NCBI GenBank assembly: GCA_044892525.1
Contig: CM097885.1
Coordinates: forward strand, 17,052,001 to 17,116,000
Direction of reading: 5' to 3'
Length of the DNA stretch: 64,000 nt
DNA from: Schmidtea polychroa
Lineage: Eukaryota
Position 1 is the first letter of the stretch. Every line of letters begins with the position of its first letter. Under the pieces are notes generated by a model. The model did no database searches, was not told where the DNA came from, and worked only from the letters and a program-made list of their open reading frames with translations. Below are positions 38,801 to 51,980 of the stretch, piece after piece. The position numbers and the translations under genes were made by a program.

Positions 38801-40008
38801 ATCGAATGAACATTGACATAAATGACATAATGCATTTGAATGAATTAAATTCGTTAAAAATCATAAAATTATATACCTGGCGACCACGCCGTCTGAATCT
38901 CGAACATGATGCTGTGCGATAGTATAAATGTTACGTTTCTGGTGAACTCTATTTCACTGAAATTCCCGATCCCATTTTCTCGTTTCAAATCGTTCTCATA
39001 TACTTTTCTGTGAATATTCATCTGAGCCTCCGCATCATATTCGATCTCCAGAAAACGCCGTCGTCAGCACCATAGAGAGAGAAAACCGTATTGTGTTATA
39101 ACTTTTATTAAGAATAAATTAGTTTTTATTATCCATTTTATATAAAAATATCAATAACAAAATACAAACATCCTGCTTACTATGATCGTTTCCTCCGAGA
39201 GTATTAGAAATGGTTTATGAGTCCTCTTTCGATACACTATTAGTCTAAATAAAATCCGATAGAAATTGAGTCCTGTTGAATATTAGGTAAGTGTCTGAAA
39301 GTTTAGTTCCTGAAATATTCGTATAGCTGCTTAAGAGTAGTATTTGTAGAGTTTCGGTAGAATAGTTGCGTGGTTCTAAAGTCCTGTAGAGTATAGTGGT
39401 TAAATGGTTAATAAAATAAAGTAATTTTACCTGTAGAGTATAGTGGTTAAATGGTACTCTACAGATTTTCTTCATTGCTTATATAGTATTTTCCGTCCAA
39501 TCAGGACGCGACTAGTGTGTAATATTATTGTTTATTATTATTTTTATGTTTTTTAGTGTAATATGTTAGATTTTTACGACTTTTCTTATTTTTCTTATTA
39601 TTTTATTTATTTTCCAATTTTTGATTATTTTTCCCTCGCTTTTCTTATGACTTTATTGTTATTCGGTGATAATATAATTTTCTTTTGTTTTAATTACTTT
39701 ATATAGACGTTTGCAGATGGTTTTATTTCTATTTTATTCTTAGTATCTTTATTTATTTTCCTTAAATTTATTATTCTATTTCCTTCTGCTATCATAGATG
39801 TTAGGTAATTTTCTTTTCCGTCTTACTTTTCATCTTATTAACTTTATTAATTTATTATTTATATTATTTCCTTTATTTTCTTATTTTCTTTTATTGTTAT
39901 CTAATTTTAATTGTTCTTATAGTTATTGTATTTTTTCGGGGAATTTATCCTATCCTTTTTTATTTATCTTTAACCTGGTTTCTAATACTCTCGAAGCTTA
40001 GCCCAACA
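35854..40008 (-). mobile_element. 4155-bp solo-LTR-like element
   Basis: Termini TGTTGGG...CCCAACA and a 4-bp TSD CAAC (35850-35853 and 40009-40012). The minus-strand start TGTTGGGCT matches the 1675 LTR. ATTGG (~39500) and TATATAA (~39483) on the minus strand. No pol motifs seen. Confidence 0.8.
36399..37148 (-). CDS. Hypothetical 249-aa protein inside the LTR-like element
   Basis: Uninterrupted, GC-richer ORF with CFSC, a helical/coiled-coil-like N-half, a Pro-rich linker and the basic cluster KPRRKRNRLTRSEKNQKRR. TTAG immediately precedes the ATG, so this may be a last exon. Confidence 0.6.
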   Translation of the reverse strand: MTTPINTEKILHPCFSCADKNADIAQLHLYIGALKKRIDHYEGTWFSPPQMKEEKSKILRLEHCRDSLLEESRCQRLTIKAQSEALHKVYSESEIAKRVREYPVQDGTNVFPIHHQSAQSTTTGCKGHGPHLPPILSGYRPMAGGSSDPILAPILVPQPMSQGPVDIIKPRRKRNRLTRSEKNQKRRNAMAALEASLSMAQSTIKDISATHVIPAKEIFKVVPAEGIKYLVDHRLPVDIDEVFADGDAF

Positions 40009-41451
40009 CAACTAAGAAAATTAAATTTAAAATTCATTTGACATTCAATAACCGTGGTAAAATCTTTTCTTTCGTCTCTAAAATAAGCTAATAGATAGGC
40101 CAGATAAATGATACTCGAATTTGGAAATATTTAGAAAAGAGGTATGTTGAGGTAATAAAAAATGAAATAATTAGAAAGAAAATAAAGAGAATTAGACTAA
40201 TTATTGTGTAGGGATGAAGTCAATGGCAAGAGGAATTGTCGTTACCTTTTTAGTCTCTATATCACAGGTCAATTGACGTGCTTCACCCATGATCCGTGTC
40301 ACCTTCTGTGTATGTAGTGCTAGCAAACATTGGTTGATTGAGCTAAATCAACGTAGGTACAATCCACATTTCCTGTCCCGAAGGGAATAACTATAGACTA
40401 ACTCAGGTTCCTTTGAAACCACTTTTCAACATATAGTCGCATCATTTTCAACATGTCACCATTCCATTTCCAACTATCCAGTGCGCAGGTTTAGCGCCTG
40501 GATCTGGTGTCCAAGAACCCACGCTTCTAACTCGCGACACCTGAACAAAATCCATTCCACCATCTTTTTTGATGTAGAAATTTCCCCGGCATTTTGCAAA
40601 AGATGTGCTCAGAAACTTTCGATTAATGTTTCCAATGAAATTATATTTCGATAGTAATTGTCGCTAAGTGCAAAATTCGTCCATCAAAATATACTTAATG
40701 TTAATTTGTCATGAATTTATCCCGTTCCCCAGTATCAACATTTTGTTTTCATATCAATCATACCGTCTCAAGCATTCATAATATCAATAAAATTAACTAC
40801 ACAAAGTGTAATGGAAATTATAAAACGAAATACATAAATTGACGAGAAATCCTTCATGAATTAAAGATTAGTGTCATCGTTGTGATGCCTGATCTCTAAC
40901 TTCAGAAGTCACGGGCTGCTGTGGAATCAAAGCCAATATCTGTGATGAACAGAAATCTTCCGAGCTGTTTCTTCTGATTTAGTAGTACCTATTCAAGAAA
41001 GCAAATAATAGATAATAATATTGAAATCATACAGTGCTTTCCCACATCGACATTTCAATCACTTATTTACTTCATCATACGCTCATACTGGTTACGAGGA
41101 CAATATTAAATTTATCGGTCATTGCGAAAATTTAATTGGAAGCAATCGCATCATCGATAGAAATATATTTTAAATCTGCCTAACTATTCGAGAAAATTAT
41201 ATTGAAATTAAAACTCTTTCAAGGACCATATTTTGTATGTGATACAACAGAAACGAATTTAAAATTACGCCCATTTAATGATGAAAAAAAGCAGAAAGAA
41301 TAGTAGTAAGGTCAAAGCTAAATGGACAGCAAAGCACTAATTAAACAGGAATTCTCGAGAAATTAGCAATTAGCCAATTAGTAACACCAACAAAATTTTA
41401 TTAATAACAACAATAGTGAAGATTTACCAGATTTAGTTATTAAAGAAAATA

Positions 41452-42615
41452 ATGATTTTGCCAGTTAAGCAATATGGAGGAGATCCAGTTATTTTTGTTG
41501 ATTATATGAGTGATTACTATATGTATGCAACGGCTTATGGATGGTCTCAAGCAATCATGATTCAAAGACTACCTTTATATCTTAAAGGAGCAGCTATAGA
41601 GGTAATCGACAGGAAAACAATCGGCAATGATAGGGCCAAGTTGAAAGATGCATTGGCTGCTAAACTTATTGGAGGAGATAGAGATTAATGCGTCAAAGAT
41701 TTTATAATAGAATTCAAAATCCAAATGAAAGTGAGCAAATTTGCTTATCATTTATCGACCCTTGCCAGAAAATCCTTTGAAGAAGATGCGAAACAACCAG
41801 GATTAGCCCAACAAATGCAAGAGCTGATTCAAGACCAATTTTTGTCAGGAGTAAATAAAGAGATAAAGACGGCATTGTGTTTTGTAGATTATAACAATTT
41901 TGTTGAACTAGTTTAAAAGGCTATGAAAATTGAATTGAATCTAAAGAGCTCTAAAAATAAATCTGAGGTATTTGCAATAATTCCAGTACAAAGAGAGAGA
42001 TCAATAACACCAACAGAAGACAATTGTGAATCAGGAAATAGATTCCAACTATCAAAAACCCCATCATCCAAATGGAGGACTGATAATAATGTGAACAGAG
42101 CAAGCCAAAATTCACCAGGTAGTGAGAGAGCTAAAGTTATTCAGTGTGATATTTGTAAAAAAATTGGCCATTATACAAACCAGTGTTGGTTTAAAAATAA
42201 TTCTGAAAGAGTACCCAGGAGATTGAGTCCAGATTGGCGTAGAGATGATAGAGGAACGAATTTTTGGAGAGCAATTCCTAATGTGAAATCAAATTCTAAT
42301 GAAGTACAATGCTATCGTTGTGGCAGAAAAGGACATGTTTCCAGAAATTGTTTTTCAAAATCATGATCACCATCAACTTCACCATCACCACAGAGGGACC
42401 ATGTGCATTTAAATGTACAAATGCAATGTCATTTATGCAGAAATTATGGGTATATTGGAAGATCTTGTCCTAGGAATTCCGATAAATTTCAAAGACCAAT
42501 TAGATTTCAAGATGAAAACCAATCAAAGAACAACGTTGTTTATGTTCAGAAAGATAGATTTAGAGAAAAAACTGAGAACGATGTTAAACAGTTAAATCAA
42601 AAATTGAATAAATAG
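41452..42615 (+). pseudogene. gag: gag (capsid-like region plus three CCHC-type zinc knuckles)
   Basis: LPLYLKGAA, DQFLSGV, CDICKKIGHYTNQC, CYRCGRKGHVSRNC and CHLCRNYGYIGRSC. Confidence 0.85.
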
Positions 42616-42829
42616 ATAGCAAAATTTGAATCAGATGAAGAAACAGATTCTCATATGATGAAGAGACGAAAATGGAAGACAGGTGAATCAAAACTTGATG
42701 ATGTTGCAAGAAAGAGTTAAAACTGATATGCAAAGTGAAAAGAGTACAATACTTATTGCTAAGGCTAGAAAATTAGTAACAGAACCTGACGCAAACTCTC
42801 AGAAATTGACAGAAGTGTTAATGAATCTA

Positions 42830-43570
42830 ATGAAAATACCGTTGAGGTTAACAAAAATTAAAACTGTTATTAAACTTTGTACGGAATTTTATTCAGCAAG
42901 TGTGGAAAAGCGAGATGTATTTTAAAATTATACGAAAGAATGTGAAGTTTGGACAGTAGAACTTAGATTTATGAATCGGATGTTGGAAGACGACGAATTC
43001 TTGATAGATTGTGGATTGATCCCCGGTGTTGAAAATGAGATACAAATAATGAGCATGATGGCCAATGAAAAACCAGTCAAATATGATGAGGATAAAATTA
43101 AATTTAAATTAAATAAAACATTGTTCAAGAGAGATACAGGTGATATTATTGATAAATTAAATAATATTTTGAATTTAGAATTTGAAGTGGAAGATAAATT
43201 AAAAATTTTAGATTATGTCAGGCCCTATGTGAATTGTGATAATAAATATAGTGAAATGATAAAAACGCTTATTCAAAAATTTGGACAAGAATTTATTGAA
43301 AAAGGAGTCATTGAGCCATTCATAATAATGTTAAAAATAAATGATCAAGAAGTAGTGTACAAACGAGCAGTGGTGTAAGAAAGTGAGTAAAATACGACGG
43401 AAAGCAGCAGAAATTCTGGGCAATGATGAAATAATTGTATTGATATACAAAGGTTTTGAATTAGATGATGATGAGTATTTATTTGATTGCGGCTGTGTAC
43501 CACGAAAGCTCGATAAAAATGGATTTTTGACGAATGAGGAACCGTCTCAAATGTGTATTAATGAAATAGT
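42830..43570 (+). pseudogene. Two ubiquitin/SUMO-like domains within the Gypsy polyprotein
   Basis: LRFMNRMLEDDEFLIDCGL and KIRRKAAEILG...VLIYKGFELDDDEYLFDCG match the UBL pattern LIxxGxxLxDxxxLxDxG by eye. Confidence 0.65.
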
Positions 43571-43929
43571 TGCGATGAAACAATTTGAATTAAAAGAAAT
43601 AGAAGAAAGCTTTAAAATGGAATTACCAAATTGGAAAAATGAGATAATGAGTAATGATGATGAGATGCACGATGAACAAGAAATAACAGATGAAATAAAA
43701 CATGAAACTGAAGAGATTATTGTTAAAAATGAGCTGAAGACTGAAAAAGATTAAATAGAAAATGAAGCGGAGGAGACTATTTTTACAAAAGAGATGATAA
43801 CTGAAGTTAAAAATGAGGCATATATGACAGAGATGACGACTGATAATGAAATTAAAGAAAAACAATGCAGAAATCTGTATGAAATGAGATGTAAAATAAT
43901 ACAAAGATTTCAAGAAGAGATCAGAAAAA

Positions 43930-44340
43930 CTCAGAGGAAACTGAGAAAGTTGTACGTGCTCTAGTAAATGAATTATATTGAAAAAAATAAAAGAAAGTAT
44001 GGAGTTTTGCGATGATAGTGTGATAACTGAGATGATGACAAGAGAAATGGATAGAGATATGGTATTAACAATTATGAGTTATATATTGTTAGAAATCGGA
44101 ACATAAAAAAACCAGAGGAAATAATTAAAACGGCGAGTAGAGTTTTACATAAGTATGTTGGCAAATGGATAAAAGAGAATGAAGGTTGGGAAAAGCTGAT
44201 TAAACAAAAAATTGAACCAGTTGCAAAAATGAGAGAAAACTATGAAGGGGCATTAAAAAGAAAACCCATAAAATTACCGTTTGTAATGTTTATGATCTTA
44301 ATATTATGTGCCATTATAACTCAAACTTCTTCGTTAATTG
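43930..44340 (+). pseudogene. Bcl-2-like segment (BH2 motif plus downstream hydrophobic helix)
   Basis: LHKYVGKWIKENEGWEKL (W codons at 44166 and 44187) resembles BH2 WIxxNGGW. It is in frame with LPFVMFMILILCAII. The BH1-like region upstream is weak and frameshifted. Confidence 0.5.
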
Positions 44341-44870
44341 CATATGATTACACTCAAACAAAGATTGGAGAAGTTTATCCTATAGTGGATTGGCAATTAG
44401 CGACAAAATTATATACAATTCAAAAACTGTATAATTTCATACACATTCATCTTTGTAGAAGTATGTTGTCGTAATCGAACCGATGAACAGCCAAAGAACA
44501 GCAGAAAATCAAAATAATTTTCAAAAAACCATGTAATTGAGACATAGAGTAAAGGAAATTCTTTTGTCCAAAATGGAAATCTACAGAAATCTCTTCATGG
44601 TTATGAAACCTGTACGAACAATCAATGGTCAAAATTAGAATCTCAAGATGAAACTTTCGATTAATGTTTCCAATGAAATTATATTTCGAAATGATAATAA
44701 CGAAATGAATCACGTTCAAGTGCAGATTTATAATAATGAAATAATTATATCATACAAGGAAAAAGGGTAATTGTTTTCATAAATGATAAAATTCAGGTAG
44801 TGTTGGACTGACATCGACAACAAGCAAAGAGTAGCCTTCGAAGGTCAGAAACCAAACCAACATCAAATGA

Positions 44871-47800
44871 ATGTATGAATGTATCGTGGGAATGGATATA
44901 TTGAAAAAGTTAAAAGATATTGTATTCGATTGTGCAACAGGTGAATTAGTAAAAATGAGGGGTAGAAAACGGAAAACCTACAGTGTGGATGTAGTGTTTT
45001 TGGATAGAACGGTGACAATACCACCGAGGACCGAAACAGTTTGTTTTGTGGCAACACACCAAGAGGTGGAAGGAGATATTATTTTCGAACCGAGTGAGCA
45101 GTTCGTAAATAGGTATAAAACGCCTATGGTGCAAAACTTGGCAACAGTACGGGGAGGAAGGATCCCGATTAGATTAACGAATTTAGCAAGTAAATCATTG
45201 AGATTATACCCAGAGACCAGAGTGGGTAAATAAAACTTTCTAACGCGCAGAAAGAATCTGAATCGATATTATCAGTAGAAGAGGATGAACGAGATCCCGA
45301 TATTGAATATTATGACGCACCGAGCTGCGATAGTAAAGCCTTATCTAGAAAAGAAAATATCGGAGTTAACCAATTGTTACGTAAATATGACCAAGTTTTC
45401 GCAAAACACGAATATCACTTAGGGCAAGTTAATATTTTAGAGCATGAAATTAAGTTAACAGAAAATAAACCGATAAAAATACGCCAGTACAGAATACCTC
45501 AAAGTATACAAGGGTCCGTAGATAAACAAATTAAATTAATGCAAAAATATAATATAATCAGACCCAGTAAATCTCCATATTCCTCACCTTTGGTGGTTGG
45601 AGCTAAGAGACGGCTCAGTTAGATTATGTAATGACTATAGGAAATTAAATGAACAAACAGTTAGTGACAATCACCTTTGTTAGATTACATTTATGATAAA
45701 ATGAAAAATTCGAAGTTGTTTACTGTGATGGATGCACAGAAAGGATTTTTATCAAATAAAGATGAGCGAAGACACAATTCCTATGACAGGATTTTCTACA
45801 AGTAGTGATTTACAAGTAAGAAGATTTAGATAAACATTTGGAACATCTTGAGGACATTTTTAAAAGATTGATTATGGCAAATCGGAAAGTAAAGCCAAGG
45901 AAATGCAAATGGGCAAAATCGGAAGTGATTTATGTAGGACATGTAATATCACACGATTGCGTAAGACCAGATCCGGCTAACACGGATTAAGTAAAGAATT
46001 TCCGACAACCAGTGAATGTGAAACAATCAAAGGATTTTTAGGGTTAACGGGATATTACCGGAAATTTATAGGAAGTTTTTCAGCAATTGCTTTTCCTTTA
46101 ACTACCTTAGAAAAGAAAGGTATAAAATTTTTATGGGGAGAAGATCAGCAACAAGCGTTTGATAAGTTGAAAGACGCTCTATGTAAACCACCAATTCTAC
46201 GATTTCCAGACTTTAAAAGACAATTCATGGTGATGACCGATGCATGCACAAGAGCCATAGGTGTAGTTATGGGACAGAAAGACGAAATTGTCGATGAATA
46301 CGCAGTGGCATATGCAAGTCGTGGATTGAAGCCACACGAAAAAAGTTATGCTGTAATAGAATTGGAAGCATTAGCATTAGTATTTGCAGTGGAAAAATTT
46401 AGTCATTACCTATGTGGCAGAAAGGTGATTTTCTATACAGATCATAGACCATTGCAATGGCTGTTAAAACATAGAGATGAAGATCAAAGTTAGTAAGATG
46501 GGCATTGAAATTACAGCCATATAATATCGAAATTGTATATCGTAAAGTTAAACTAATGGTAATGCAGACGCATTATCACGAATGGAGCAAGAGCCTGAGT
46601 TAGAAGATATAAAGGCAGGAAGATTAGAAGGAACCATCTTCATGCTAACAAGAGAGGCTAACACTTTGAGCGATTTAGTGGAAGCGCAGAAAAATGATGA
46701 CGAGATCAATATGATCAGACAAGCTATAGAAGCAAAGGCCATACCAAATGAGTTTCAGAAATATTGAGAGAAACACAAAGATAAATTCATATTGGAAGAA
46801 GGTCTAATCAAATATGTGGAATCCATAGATAATGTAATATTAGTGCCAAAGAAATACAGAGAATCACTATTATTACAATACCACTATGGAGCACTGGGAG
46901 GACATCTCTCAGCTAGACATACACTGTCGAGATTAAAAATGAAATACTTCTGGCCAGATATGAAAGATGATGTTAAAAAGAGGTGTCAATCATGTAAGAT
47001 ATGTATAACCAGAAGGAACACAGGCAGGAAACCACATGTTCCATTAAAACCAATGCCTGTACCGTCCTCGCCAATGGAGACGACTGTTAGGGACGTACTA
47101 AGGCCGTTTAAAGAATCAAAGATGGGAAATAAATTTATCATAGTATTTTGCGACTACTTAACGAAGTGGCCCGAAGTATTCCCAATTCCGAATCATAAGG
47201 CAGACACAATTGCCAGAATCTTTGTAGAACAAATTGTATTTAGATATGGTGTTCCGACAAAATTGCTTACCGAAAGAGGAAAGGATTTCATGAGTAATCT
47301 GTTAAAGAGTATAAATGATTAGTTAAATACCTCACCATACTACCCACAGACGGATGGATTGGTAGAAAGGTTCAATGGAACCTTGGCAAATATGCTATCA
47401 TCATACGTAAACTCAGGTCAGACAAACTGGGATGTACACATATCATCGTGTTTGTTTGCGTATAGAAATACTGTTCATTCAGCGACGGGAGAAACACCTT
47501 TCTATCTAATGTATTTAAGGCATAGCAAGATGCCAGTGGATCTTATATTCTATCCGAAAGCTTCACAGAATTGTGATGAAGGAAATTACTTATTCGAAAT
47601 GAGGGAGAGAATGCAAGAAGCCTGGGAGAAAGCAGGTTTGAACATTCGTTATAACCAGGAAACAATGAAGGAATATCATGAGCGCAAAGCAAAGGATCAT
47701 GGGTTTTTGGTAGGAGATTATGTCATGTTAGAGGACATTACAACAAAAAGGGTTTGTCTCCAAAATTAATGAGAAATTACAAAGGGCCATATCAAATTTT

Positions 47801-48030
47801 GAAAGTCACAGAAACAAATTTGGTCTTGCAGTTAGTGGCAAACAGGAAGGCAGAAACGATTATGGTTCTTGCAAACAGATGTAAAAAGATAGCGCGCCAG
47901 AAAAGTAGAAACCAAAATCAGAAATTGATGAATTCGAAATAGATAAGAAATCAAAAAAGAAAACGTTAGAATCATACAAAAGTATCCTAAAGGGACAACC
48001 AGAATGATACCCTTTACGATCTCGGCAAAT
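44871..48030 (+). pseudogene. pol: pol (protease C-terminus, RT, RNase H, integrase), fragmented
   Basis: ORFs 44871-45233, 45374-45622, 46167-46493, 46792-47322, 47359-47769 and 47754-47942. Confidence 0.9.
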
Positions 48031-49587
48031 CCCGAAAACAGTCACATTTCTAGTTGTGATTAGTTGCGTTATGATGATTGGACAAGCATTCGAGGTATTT
48101 ACACCAAAAGCCAGTCAACATCCAGATATTGAATATCAACGAACAGATAGAGCATTCAGAGATTAGTGCTCAACCATGCTTATCTAAATAGAAGATGGAC
48201 AATCAAAATAGATACCGTGACAAAGGCGAACATTTCGTATTTAGAATTTACTGAGAGAACGGGTTGGTATACAATACATCACGAAATAGTAGATTTAATA
48301 CCTCCCGCAAAGGGAAAACTAAGTAGCAAAGAAGGCCAGAAGTCTTATATGATTAATTTTTATGTTTTTATTGTTATGCTGTTTATCTAAAGCCTTTCAC
48401 TAGTATTACTTGTCTTGTTTTCGAGATGAAAATCTTTTAGGGGGTAAGACTTGTTAGGGATAGGCCTGGAGCCTTAAATTCAAAACAAGAAATATTACTA
48501 TATTTGGAAAAGGTGTAAATAAATAATTACTTAAAATAAAATTTAGGTTTAATTAAATACTATAAATAGAAATAAGTTATATATAGTAATATTTAATCAT
48601 ATTGATACTATAATTAGAAATTATAATATTACTAATAATATATTATACAAATATTATTTATTATAAATACGGTTTCAAAAAATGGAAGGAGGGGGTTGAA
48701 ATTAACTAGACAATAATCGTACGGGAAAATTAGACGATTAATTTTAGGGAAAAATATTGGAAAACCAAAACTTGAAATCAGACGGAGAATCGATTAAGAA
48801 GTACAAAGTACTTAGGATATTGAACTGAACTGATCGGCTTGTTTGAAATTAAAAAAAACAGCTGTTGTGTAAATTAAACTGTATAATTTGGGAAAAATAG
48901 AATTCGGATCAAAATACAACTGTCAATTTTACTATAAATTGAACGAAGCAAATTTTAGTAGACAGAAGACGAAGCAAAACAATTTTTCCAAAGGTAAATT
49001 CAAAAGATATTTTTGTGAAAATTTAAGAAAAGGATAAATTAGTATCCATTGAAGGTTTTTTTTTAACATAGCGAATACAAAGTACTGATAGCTTACTTTT
49101 GTATTCCCTGGGTGCCCCAAAATAATTCCCACTTGCTTATCCGACTCTTTCATCGATTTTAATTGGATTGTATAATTGGATTTAATTATATTTTTTCGAT
49201 CACAACCGTATATGAGAAACCGCGCATGCTGTATGCAATTTACAAGGAAACAACAGATTTTTCCAGCGGATATCAAGCAAAATGTTCATGATTCATTTTT
49301 ACAATCAATTAATAATTTTTTTAAATATGTAAATATCTGTGATTCTGTGAATTGTCTTACCGCAATTCATGCTAATGAATTACACCTTTTAAAGTAAAAA
49401 AACCAATACATAAATAATAATAATTTTAAATAATGATTTTATGTAACTTTAAACGAAATAATATTTTTCGAAATTTAGGGCAAATAAGATTTTTAGGACA
49501 TGTTTGTGCCCTAAATTTCACACACTATTGTATTATCATTATTTATTATCATTATTATTACTATTAATATTATCATGAGTATTATGG

Positions 49588-49588
49588 C

Positions 49589-49675
<87 letters not shown>
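49588..49675. repeat. (TTA)n microsatellite
   Basis: Directly visible. Confidence 0.95.
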
Positions 49676-49676
<1 letters not shown>

Positions 49677-50211
49677 AATGATTAATTACTATTATTATTA
49701 CTTTTATCGTCATTGCTATCGATACATATAAACTATTGTGACTATCATTATTAGTATATTTTTATTAATGTTAGCAGTGATAGAGTTGTGATTGTTATGT
49801 TATTTGATTATGGTTATTATTGTTATTATATCCAGTATGATGATTACTATTAGCATTATTATTTTGATTGTTATTACTATAATTAATATTACTAATATTT
49901 ATTATGGCTAGAGTTTTACTAGTAATATCATTGCGGGTCACAGAACAATACAGATCCATATATAATAAGTATCATTATTAAGGTATAATTTTTTTTAAGA
50001 AGACAACTCTTACGTAAAATACATATGCCACTGAAATGAATATCATATAATCATTATTAAAATCATTATAGTCATCATGTTATTAATGGGATTGTTATTG
50101 TGAGTATAATTATCTCCACTATTCATATTAACATTATCATGCGTTTAAATAATATTACAAAATTTTAGAAATAAATTTTAAATTATAAAGATAAATGACT
50201 TAAATATTCAA

Positions 50212-51223
50212 TTTCGAGGACGAAATTTTTTTAAAGGGAGGAGATATGTTGAGGATACCTAAATGCCAAAATAAAAACAAATAAATAAAATTAATTTGGG
50301 AATATCGTCATGACAAACGGGACGATCTAAGTGAACTCAGAAAAGAAAACGAAAGCAAAAAGAAATGAGAAATGAGGAAGAGGAAGGAAACAAAAGAAAT
50401 CAAACATGAAAATAAAAACCAAGGTCAGTCCTAATTAATTAGTAGAATTTTGAAAACGGGAAAACAGAAAAACAACAATATTCTTATCTCGACAGCTTGT
50501 CAGAGATAAGGGAAACAAAACAAAAACAGGCCGAAGCCGCAAAAGGAAAAAATTATAAAAATTGCGACAGCTATCAAAGATAACTCGGTCGCAGAAAAAA
50601 ATGAAAAATCATGTTGGGAAAAATGGTGGAATTGGAGATAAACTGAAATGCCACAAATTGACAAGGTATAAAAGGAGGTGACACAGTAGAAACGGCAGAA
50701 GAAAAAATAGAGAAGGAACTATCGAAGAATTAAAAGAGAGAAACTATAGAGAAGACGAATTATAAAATTAAGAAGACGTGGGAGAATTGTATTAGCAAAC
50801 AGTTTGGAGAAGCCATTGAGAGAACAATTTAGAAGAAATAATTGAATAAAATTGAAGCAGAGAAACTAAAAAGAAAACAGAAATAAATAGAATCAGCAAG
50901 AGTTTATTCAGTTGATAATAGAATAAAGTTAGGCGAGTAAAACCAAGTCAAAATCAGAGAACAACCAGTTAAAATTACCCATTATTACACTCCTCAGTTG
51001 TGAGATTTGTGAAATCAAAGTCATACGAGTGTGCTATTCCTCACCATAGTGTTGTAATAAGCACGGTATAATAGTCAGCTTGTTGAGTCAATTGTATCAT
51101 TGTGAAAATATTTGTGATATTCAATAAAGTTTCCAGTGTTAATTGTTATTTGTGTGGCAGTCAAAGACACGCTTGGAGTCAGAGTAAGAGTTCTGATTCT
51201 ATTACCAACTCAATAACCCAACA
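50212..51223 (+). mobile_element. PPT plus 3' LTR of another Gypsy element (right boundary uncertain)
   Basis: TTTCGAGGACGAAA...AAAGGGAGGAGATA is followed by TGTTGAGG at 50247. TATAAAAG at ~50667, AATAAA at ~51123 and CCCAACA ending at 51223. Confidence 0.55.
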
Positions 51224-51980
51224 GTTTGTATTTGTTGCGCATGTGTGCAGTTTTTAATTTTTCTTCCACTTTTCAGATTTCTATAGTAGAAGATGTATCT
51301 CACTGAACTATAAATGAGAATATCAACGTGAAATCAAAGTAAGTATGTATGTTTCTATAATGTAAGATTATTGATTTTTTATTATATTATAGGAAACGGT
51401 TCTCAGTGGTGTTTGGTGTAGATACTGCTGTCAAGTGGCGACTATTGTGTTGGTTAACCTCTCTACGTGATGTGACTAAGTTACAGATGATTTTGATGTT
51501 TATCGTCTCTTGATTGATTTATGGCGTGACAATTTTACTTTAGTTACGGCAATTCTGGCAAATATCTCATCGTTTAGATTCCTATTGTAGCCCTGATGAG
51601 TGAGTTATGGCATAGATTTAGATTACTCATGATGGCTAGTTTCACCAAATGCCTGGTTGAATTTTATTGCACTTGCTTAATGAACTACTCGTATTGGAGA
51701 TTTTTGGAAACTAATTAAAATTAATACGACTGGTTCCCGTCTGATCTAATGTGATTGGGTTTATGCTGTCACACCCACGGTCGAGGAATATCTGAGGAAT
51801 CTGTCTTATTATAATGTTTCTCGAATGTGCAAGTGTCCGTAGTTCGTCTAATTATTACAGCCCGTCAAATTTTAAATGTTGATCGAAAATTGCATTCAAG
51901 ATGTAGAAAGACGGAATGATGGACGCCTCAGTCACTACAACCTATCTCCTGTAAAATGATTCTTTTGAATATAGTTCTAG

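Larger units (their letters stand above)
41322..48451 (+). mobile_element. Decayed Gypsy retrotransposon internal region with extra domains; 3' LTR begins TGTTAGGG at 48452
   Basis: gag with CCHC knuckles, protease tail (IVGMDIL), RT (PSKSPYSSP), RNase H (TDAC, YTDHRPL) and integrase (HHCC-like, RFNGTL, KGPY). PPT-like TTTTAGGGGGTAAG precedes the TGT. Confidence 0.9.
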
